Shown: in pieces, positions 54,781 through 64,000 of the stretch
Numbering within the stretch: position 1 is the stretch's first letter
Layout: every line of letters starts with the position of its first letter
From: Vicugna vicugna
Taxonomy: Eukaryota
DNA: 64,000 bases
Direction: 5' to 3'
Assembly (NCBI GenBank): GCA_013265495.1
Contig: MU058423.1
Coordinates: 1,005,061-1,069,060, forward strand
Position numbers and translations under genes: made by a program
Notes under the pieces: model-generated
Databases searched by the model: none
Told to the model about the DNA's origin: nothing
The model's input: only the letters and a program-made list of their open reading frames with translations

Positions 54781-55859
54781 AAAGAGAGAGAAGGGAGAAA
54801 AGTACTGAAAGTAATGTTTTTTCTAAAGATCATATATTCAATTTTCTTTTTTTTATTGCTCCATATTCCACTGCCTTCAACATTCTGCGCTGCTTAAAGT
54901 CTGTATTTCACTTTTTATCACTTCGCTCACACAACTGATGTTTCTAAAGTCCAGTTGCATTCATGAATGCTAGAAAGATCACACACAGAAGAATTTCACC
55001 GTACAGTGAAGTATTTTAAGGTAAAGCCTCCAGAAACACAATGTCTAAAAGTGAGGGTTCCCTGTTAACTAAGAACTCAAAGTGCTAAATAAAATTTCTG
55101 TAAGAGACTATACATTTGTCAAAGAAATAGCATAAACATCCCTTTTACTGATGAAATAACAGGAATCTTTTATCCTTTTTTTTAAAAGGCAGCTACAACC
55201 AAAGTGTACATATCAAGTCCTATCTTCTCTCAGAGATGACCTGACTCCACGAAGCCTATTCATTAGATTCAGACTCTTTTTGCTGAACTGTACTTCCAAA
55301 CCTGAGTACACTTGACGATCCAGAGATCTTCACAACAGTGACTTCCAGCAATTCCCCCCAAAACCTTTCCTCTGGTTTTCCTTTAAAATCTCAGGTCTTG
55401 GCCTACCTGTGTTAAATCAGCCTCCCTGTCTTCAGCCTCTTTCTTCCTCAATCATTTTGTACTCTGGAGCCAGATTCATATTCCAAAAGATGAATGCTCT
55501 GCTTGGATCATTTTCCTCATATCAAAACTTCTTGTGCTCCCAAATAAAGTCTGTATTTCTCAATCTAACATTCAATGACTTCCAAAGTCCAGTCCCAATC
55601 AATCTTTACAGCCTTATGGCCAATATTTTCTAATTATACAAGCCTAGGCTTCTGTCAAATCAATCCTCTGTTCTCCAACTTGTCCTGAACTTTCTATCTT
55701 GGCTCATGCCATTCCTACCACAAAGAATGTCTACCACTCCCTTCAAGCTGCCATTGCTCAAGGCCCTTTTGCATCTCTGCATTTATTCATGTAAATAAGG
55801 ACACACAAATGATATGTCCTGCCCCATCCTCCCAAAACTGGCCAAAGCCCCAAATCTAA

Positions 55860-56140
55860 CAATAGCTAGCTTTTATTAAATGCTTACTGTGTGCCTAGCA
55901 GTCTTACATAGTATTTCTAATCCGCTCAACAATCCTATAAAGTAGGTACTATTATTCATTCTCCTTTTAAAGATGAGAACGCCAAAGTTCAGAAACATCA
56001 AATTACATATTTAGTAGATTACCTCAAATTGTATACTCGGTGAGTTGCCTCAAATCACATACTTAGTAAGTGGCAAAGCAAGGATTTGAATACATGCTGC
56101 CTAACTCTAGAGTTATTGCTCTAAACACTAAGTTGCATGG
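55860..56140 (-). mobile_element. MIR
   Basis: tgcttactgtgtgcc; aacaatcctataaagtaggtactattatt; agtaagtggcaaagcaaggatttgaa. Confidence 0.7.
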
Positions 56141-59100
56141 TTTTTTTTTTTTAATCTGAATCATGTGACGATCTCTCTCATCATCTGAAATAATTCAGTT
56201 TTACATAATATTTCTGTTTTACTAAATACTATAAAATAAGCTTTTTCATGTTTGTTATTTTAGTAAAGGGAGAACAATAAAATGCTCTTTCTTTCCAATA
56301 AAAGAACAATACTCAAATTGTAATGTCAAAGAATATCTTTTTCGTCACAAAGATTACTTTTCCCTAAAATATTTTTAAAGAAATTCATTCCAATCAACTT
56401 TTTCAAAGATGACTGCACAAATTACTAAACATACACTCTGATGGTTTTATAGATAATTAGTAATACGAGGATTTTGTGATTACCACCCAAGAACTGTAAC
56501 AGGTATCTATCAAATTGGCAAAGATTGTAAAAACTGACCTACTCAATGCCATTGAAGGTGCAGTGAGACACACACTCTTAAACAGAGGGTAACCACCCTT
56601 TGATCCAGTTATCCCACTTCTGGGAATCTATCCTAAAGGAAGAAAAAAAACCAGAGATGCAATCAAAGATAAATGTACAAAAATGTTTGCCCCAGTGTTA
56701 TTTAAAATAGTAGTAGTATAAAGAATTAATCGAAAAGTCCCACACTCGGAGACCAATATTCTGTTCGGAGAAAAAAGTAGGAGTGAAACTGTATTTATAA
56801 AGTATAATTCCAACTTATTTTTAAATTTAAAAAATCTGTACATGCAAAGAAAGAACTAGAATAATGTACATTAAAAATGTTATAATTGTTATTATAGTAG
56901 TAATTATCTCTGGGTGATAGGTTTATGAGTAATTTCCAATTTCTTCTTTACATTTACATTTTTTTTCGAAATTTGCCATAATGGAACATGAATTAGTTTA
57001 AACAAGACAAAAATGTTTAAGCAGTTGTAACTACTGAAAATGATCCTGAACCTAACAAGGGCATATTACTTGGAATAGAAACTATACTTCCTATCCTAGT
57101 GCGAAGAAAACCTCAAACTTGTTTTGTTTCCAGCTTCTATTAGGCTCACGTGTACTTTTAGACTGTGTAAAGAATGTCATCCAAAACTCAGTAGTATTCA
57201 CGAAACTGCACAAGGCTCACTATCTAAAAGTCAGCCAGTGCTCCAAGAGAAAGGACCACAGTGAAATGAACTGTTTCATTGTATGCCTATTGAGAATAAT
57301 AAATGTCTAATTAATCCTCACTCAAAACATGCAAAATGGAAAAACCAGAAAAACTATTCTTGTTTTGCAAATTAACTAAATATACTGTTGTTGCCTTATA
57401 AGCACATCACAGTTAGGTCTGGGAGGAACTTGAAAATAAAGCTGGCAAGCTACCAACATTCACTAAAAACGCACACTGATGCATTTTGTCTATATGCGTA
57501 TTTCTGTTCTAGTGGATAGTTAACTTTAGTGGCACAGGATGATTTTAATCAGTGTAGAAGAAATATTAAGCTGTTCTACCAAAAATCCCCCAAAACTTCT
57601 CACATTAAACACAGAATTAAAATTGTTGGCTGAACCAGAAAAAACTTCCCTACACTGTGGCATATACGCAGAAAAGCAATTTGTAAAAAAAAAAAAAAAG
57701 AGAGAGAGAGAAAGAAAAGAAAAAGTCTTCAATGTAAGTAAAACAGGCAGTTGAGCAAGCAATTCTTATTTGACTATATTTTACACAACTGGGAACTGGC
57801 TTGCTCTAATACTAAAAAGCTGTTAGAAAGTAAGACCACAGAAGTAGTTGTTGAGCAACTAAGAGAGAATTAAAACATCACATAGACTTTACTTAGAAAA
57901 TGAGTATCATTCTTTTTTACTCTACTATGAAAATACAACATTTATTTATAAAACATATGTCAGGTTCTGACAAACAGAATAAATTACTATATTATATATT
58001 CCTTAAAGTGGAAACTACAACCTCACATTTTAGTTTCCATCAAACAGCCTAATACTGCATCACTCAAACATCTGTTCAATTACTAAATCTGACATCTATT
58101 AATGAAATTATGCAATATTTTCACAACTATACAATGAAATTTAAAAGTAGTTCAAAAGACATCAATGATTTGGGCTAGATACTGAAAACCACATAAAGTC
58201 CAAAGAACAGTGTTAATGTCAGCTGCTAAAATACTTAAGTTACGGTTGCTTGCTTAATGTTCTATAATACAGCCAACTTGTCTAGAACAGAATGATCCTA
58301 TTTATACATGAATTTTAAAATATCATTGAAAATAGAGTGAATGAATTTACTCTCCGGATCACACATCTGACAGATTTGAAATGTTCAGTCTGCAATAAGA
58401 GAGAATTCCTACTACGACTAACTTAGAATCTTATAAGCTACACTTGGATTTTGTCCAAAGAAACAGTTGTACGCTGTTCTTTGTGTGTCTCTAACTTTAC
58501 ACTTTTGTCATTGATAACTAAACACAGCTCTATCCCAAGTAAAGTTGTATTTTACAACCAGAATAAGTGAGGCTAACATAGCACTGCAAACAACCATGGA
58601 TCTTACAGGTATACACATACTTGTGAATTCAAAGTAAGGAACCTCAAGTTTTAATTAATCCAACAGTGTCTTTTATCAGTTATAACATGTAGGTTAGTAT
58701 ATTCCTATCCTTATGAAATACGGCCTAATTTAAATATATTCTGAAACCAAACACAGAATTACATATTTAATTCCAAATATGGTTAATTTTACCATCCATG
58801 CTTTGAAGCACTCTCTATCAATGTGAACTAAATAAATAGAATGGAGATAGGAAACTATCTATCTGGAAAAACTGGATATGCAAAGAAATTTTCCAGATTT
58901 ATCTAACCTAAATTTATGTAGACTAAATAAGTCATTAGAACCTTAAAAAAAAGCCATTAATTTGTCTAATGATTGAAGTTAATCTCACATAACATATTTA
59001 ATCCTCAATATGTATACCATGTACTTTTGAAAATTATAATAAAAGGATGATTTTTAGACCACTTATAAAAGCACACAATTTCTTTCAACTCCATCTTAAT

Positions 59101-60919
59101 CATCATACACAATTTCCTTTTTTTATTGGTGCATGCCGGTACCTTCTACCTCTAAAAGGCCTATTTTCAAGTGGAAATGAGAGCATGGCATAGTTCTCTG
59201 TTGAACTGCTTAATTGATCAGAACATCATGATATGCTAAGTTTACAGGTTCAATTCTAATCTGGATCATTTAACTTTGAAACAAACTGCCTCTTAATAAG
59301 TCATCTTAAAACTGAGTACAAAGGGGACTGGTGAGTATGTGAATCATTCATTGCATACTCATAACCACTACTACAAAAACTCAAATGGGCCAATATTTTC
59401 TTTGCATATGAAAGACTGAAAAGCACGTTAAGAACTACCACTTGTAACCTCCAAATTTCACGCACAAAAAGGGGAAAAATGGATGCTTCATCTGTTTCAG
59501 TAACATAAGAAAGCTGAACTATCTTTATGTTTAACATTAATCATTTCCATAAGATTCGAATTTGGCATTAAGTCATGCAGCAATATATGATATCAAAATG
59601 AGCAGAAAATACTTGGCAATATGCCATAACTCTTTAAAACTGATGAGTTCAATCTGAAAGGAACATTAGGAGGAAGGTAGTTTATGTTCACAATTTTAAA
59701 CTCACCACAACATTAAGATATAAATGCTTTATAAAAGATCTTTTTACTGAGCTTCTAAAATAAGAGAATTTTAGAACTGGAGCTTAGAGGTTATGTGATG
59801 TTCAATGAACATTTGCTGGGTCCCCAGCAAGTGTCAGACACAGTGCTATGTGCTTCCAGGTAACTCCATTATTAGCTCAACCCACCCACTTCATAGATGT
59901 TGGGGTTTCTGCTCAAGCCAAATCAAGCTGTTTAGATTTCAGAGCCAGAAATGCTGAACAATGCTCTCACAGTGGTATAATTCTATCAAAACAGACTGGT
60001 ATCATCCTCCCTTATAAACTAAATAAAATTTCAAAGATGCAATGCTGAACTAATTTAACAGAAACAATAGTTTCTGTGTTTTGAGTAACTTATAAAGAAT
60101 TACAACAATTTAAAAATTCAACTGTGAGAGTCCTCAACTAAGTACTAGTTGCATAGTTTATTGCAAAGAACAAAGCATGGGGGCTGTCAGAGATGTAAAT
60201 TCTAAAGACATACAAACAGAAATTAAACAAATTGCTGATACCATTAAAAAAAATCCCTTTGTAAGAAAAAAGAATTATCAACATGAAAAATTAGATGCTT
60301 GATTGGCAAGCCTACTTTACATAAAAGATCATCTACCATATACTAACAAAGTTCTTGAGGAACAGTTAACACTGACAAGATTTGAAGCTATTTAAGTTTT
60401 AGGTTACAAATTATGACAGAATGTAAAACTCCTGGAGGGCAGAGACCCCATCTAATTCAACTCTGTATCCCCAGCAATTAGCACCCTGTTGTTAAATGTT
60501 AGAGAGGTCAGCTAATATATGAACTCCTGTGAGCTACTGGAAAATTCAATCGAACAATTTGAAAGGTCTCTTTTTATAACTGAAATTATTTTTTAAGTAT
60601 TAAACAATAATATTCAATGCAAGTGACACTGTATGAAACTTAAGATCAACAACTGTGGCTGTCACTTTAACCAATACAACCTACTCTCTGAAGGAATGAA
60701 TAGATACACCAAAAAGACAAGTATATCTATATACTTTGAATCAGTACTCCTTCTGAAAATCAATTCCAAGGAAATATTTGAAAAGAAAGAAAATGTTGCA
60801 TACACAAATGTATTCATTTCATTGTTATTTTCAACGGGGGGGGGGGGAGAAACTATCTATACGACCAACAGCAAGTACATGGACTATTTTGCAACCACTG
60901 AAAAAGGTTTAAAACGAAC

Positions 60920-61490
60920 ATAAACCTCCTAATTGGTCTTCCTGCTTCCGCTCTTGCCCCTGCCCCCACCCAAGTTGATTTCCAGCCAGAATGATTTCCA
61001 CAGTAACACAGTAAGTTACAGCAGGTCTCTCTTCTACTCAAAACCCTCCAGTGGTTTCCCATCTCATTCAAAGTAAAATCCAAAGTTTTGACCATGGCCT
61101 ACAAGGCTTTACACTTCTCTAACTTCAAGCTCTCTCACTTTGCCTCTTGCTTACTGGCAGCCTAACTGTTCTCAGAAAGGCCACGTACAGAGTGGTCTTT
61201 GCATTTACAGTCCTCTCTGCCTGTAACCTTCTTTCCCAAGAGAGCATTTATCCCTCACTTCCTCCAGGTCTAGAGGCTCCAGCCTCATGTCTTCCCTGAC
61301 TACCCTTCCTTGTTACTGTTTCTCTCTATCCTCTCACCCTACTATTACTCTTCTGCATATCTCTTATCATCTGACTTATTCTACAGTTATTTGGTTATGA
61401 CCTATCTCTCCTGAATATAAGCTCTTAGACAGCAAGGACTTTGTTTTATTTACATAACAGGCATTCAAAAAGTACTTGTTAAATTATTAT
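60920..61490 (+). mobile_element. LINE-2 3' region
   Basis: cctcctaattggtcttcctgcttcc; ctcaaaaccctccagtggtttcccatctca; accatggcctacaaggc; aatataagctc...gcaaggactttg. Confidence 0.75.
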
Positions 61491-61791
61491 TAAATGTTGA
61501 TACAATTGTTAACTAAAAGAAAAACCATGCATATAAACAAGCTTGAAAGAGAACAGGAAAATGATATGTGAACATTTTCAAATGCTGATCATATTGCTAA
61601 GGAGTCTGTACAATAAAAAACATGTCAGTTGTGATTATGATTTTAAGGTGCCAAAAGTGACTATAACAATCTTATTTCCTCATAAGTCATTTGTTTAAAA
61701 TTATTATTAATTTAAAATCACTGGTAATAGTCATTAATGAGAACTTTTCCCCCATAAACTTGTAATAACAATCACTCTTAAAACTTGTTCC

Positions 61792-62004
61792 GGGGTGGGA
61801 GGGTGGGGGGGAGGATGTAGCTCAGTGGTAGAGCGCATGTCTGGCATGAATGAGGTCCTAGGTTCAATCCCCAGTCCTGCCTCTAAATAAATACTTAATT
61901 ACCTCCCCCAACTCTTCCCAAAAATACAATAAAATAATAAAAAAGAAAGAAAGAAAAAGGCAATGTAGATTCTGCCTCATTACTATTAAAAAAAACAACA
62001 ACAA
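61792..62004 (+). mobile_element. tRNA-derived SINE, camelid Vic-1-like, with an extended 3' end
   Basis: A-box tagctcagtgg and B-box ggttcaatccc. TSD aaaacttgttcc at 61780-61791 and 62005-62016; TT/AAAA site. Confidence 0.9.
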
Positions 62005-62149
62005 AAAACTTGTTCCCAAACACCAAAAGTTTAGTCTGTAAGAGCAGACACTGTCATTTCCGAGGTCACACAGAAAGTGAACAAAGGCTTTTGTAGAGTT
62101 TTAATATGCAACTGAATAATACTCAGGGATTCCAGTTTACTTTTAAGAC

Positions 62150-62297
62150 AAGTACCCATGGTTGGCCTCAGAGGGTCCCTGAAACTGAATGCAAAATTTT
62201 GTCATAAATGTCTCTAAACTTCTTCCCTGAGAGAGTCTATACATTTCATTATACTCTCAAAAGTGTCGGTGGCCCAGAAAAGGTTAATAATTACTAT
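62150..62297. mobile_element. hAT-Charlie MITE fragment (MER117-like)
   Basis: ccctgaaactgaatgcaaaatttt...tctcaaaagtgtc...aaaaggttaataattact. Confidence 0.5.
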
Positions 62298-63399
62298 TTT
62301 ATATATTGGAAATGAAATGCAATATTCTAATATGCAAAAGGATAAAGATATATATAAAAGGATAGAAAATATATCATATCTAGACACATCTTTGTAATAA
62401 TTCAATTCATTCAAGAAATACCAAATGTCTACCATGTGCTGGGCACTGTATGAGCCTCAGTACCTTACACCTAATCATATTTTGCAGTATATAATTGAAA
62501 ATACTGAGGAAACAAGCTTCACTGAAACACCAGACTAAAAAAGAATTTCAACCAACACAATTATAACTTCAAAACAGAAAGCAAGTGTTACAGGAAATCA
62601 TAATAAAGACAGAAAGGAGCTCGGGACCTGATTTAGTGCTTATTATGTCAAAATACTTCACATATCAATTACATCAAAAGAAAAGAAAAACTATACACAC
62701 ACATGCCCACCCCCATACACTCTGACAGGAAACCAAAATAAAGTTTCCAAATCCTGTTTCCAACAGCATCCCTTCTGAGACTGCCGTTCGGCATGCTTTT
62801 GAAGGCAGGAGTCTCACGTTAAACCAAAAGCTGATACTTCACTCTAAGTGTGATAAAAACAGAAAGAATCATCATCTCACACTCTGGAAGCAAAAAAAAA
62901 AAAAAACTGTGGCTACCTGTTACGGCTGTGACCCATTAACCTCCTGCCCTGTTATTCCCTGTCATTTCTTATATCCTCCTTCCTTTAAAGCAATGACAAA
63001 ACGATCTTCCCTCCCAAAAAGGAATACATTGACTCCTCAACGCTAGTTCTTTTTCCAAGGGGTCAAAAGGTCCCCTAAACTCTGGTTCTAAGCCCTGTGA
63101 GTTGATTCCATTTTTCAGGCACAACCGTCTTCCCCCCACCTTCTCCCCAGAGCAGTAAATTACACAATTCAGCCGAAGACAGTGTCCTTAACTTCCTGAG
63201 CGAGGGGGCAAGCGACACTCCCAGTCCCAATTTGAAGGAAGACAAGAATCACACGGTGACCTCTTCCCTAACAAAATTCAGGGAAGAAGCAGAGACCCAA
63301 GAAAAGCAACGCTGAAAAGGCGAACACATGGCAAGCCACGGAAGACATGGGGTAAAGAGGGCGGGAAAGGGGCTGGGAGGTGGAGTGGGGTATAGATAT

Positions 63400-64000
63400 G
63401 TCAGCTCTAGGTACTGAGGGGAATAAAGGAAAGAATGGGAGACCCTGAACCCCGACAGAAGTGAACACAGAAAGGACACCGCTGCCACCTACCCACACCT
63501 TTCCAGCAGACGAGTGAGGACAGAAAATTCACCCAACCCTCCAACCCCGTCTTCGCTTGCCCCGCAAAGGGTGATGTGGGTTTGAAAGATCTGACCCCAT
63601 CAGGGAACACGCAAGAAGAAAAATGCAGCGATGTCCAATCTTCTACCGCCCTCCGGCAGTGAGGGGCGAGGGCACCATGTCCGGGGAGACGGCGAGGGAA
63701 ATGGGCTTGTGCCATGACACCTCGGGGAGTTGGAGGGTGGGGGACACAATGTCCTCTTTCTCTCCCACACCCGGCCCGGGCCCCTCCCGTCCCTCGCCCG
63801 CAGGCCCAGCCACAGTCGACCGGCTCGGTCCGCGGGCGTGGTTGGCTCTGGCCCCGGCGGCGGCCAGGCCTCCCCAAGCCCTGGCCCCTCCCGCCGGCCA
63901 GGCCCCCGGGCCGCCGCCCCGGACACCGAGGGAACGCGGAGGAAGAAGGGAGAGCCAGGGGACTGACCGGCGACAGGAGCCGCCTCAGCCCCGGCTCGGC
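63400..64000. promoter_or_regulatory. CpG island edge (RAP1A promoter/exon 1 region)
   Basis: Abrupt rise in GC and CpG content at the 5' end of the minus-strand gene, against an AT-rich, CpG-depleted background. Confidence 0.88.

Noticed and set aside
58351..58410. Possible small non-coding exon in intron 1 (ctctcttattgcag|ACTG...GAGA|gtaaat)
   Set aside because: The acceptor is plausible but the donor is weak. It cannot be distinguished from chance without transcript data.
61812..61876. tRNA gene (A-box and B-box present)
   Set aside because: It has an A-rich tail and TSD, and related copies lie at 11088 and 30000, so it is a SINE head.
63249..63966. ORFs of 76-156 aa at the right end
   Set aside because: Low-complexity G/P/R-rich frames on both strands, as expected from stop-codon scarcity in a CpG island. 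No recognisable domain.

Overview
Mammalian genomic DNA, most likely a camelid (three tRNA-derived SINEs resembling camelid Vic-1, an artiodactyl Tigger2a_Art-like MITE, and no Alu, Bov-A or PRE-1 seen). The whole window lies inside RAP1A (Ras-family small GTPase) on the minus strand. Five coding exons encode residues 1-156: 12621-12565, 9329-9261, 7204-7148, 4867-4727 and 3330-3187. All have GT-AG boundaries and phase-0 junctions. The last coding exon (CAAX tail) lies left of the window. The non-coding first exon and promoter probably lie just right of it, where a CpG island begins at about 63.4 kb. The roughly 51 kb first intron is mostly old and lineage-specific transposon debris (L1, L2, MIR, MLT/LTR16, hAT and Tigger MITEs, SINEs). 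It also holds a near full-length RPL41 processed pseudogene with a 17-bp TSD. I found no evidence of a novel multi-gene system. The best curiosities are the RPL41 retrocopy (new 65-aa frameshift ORF, lost poly(A) signal), an L1 insertion flanked by a 62-67 bp duplication, a SINE with an apparent 3' transduction, a poly(C) splice acceptor and a candidate poison exon. Repeat subfamily names come from recalled consensus sequences, and repeat boundaries are approximate unless a TSD is quoted.
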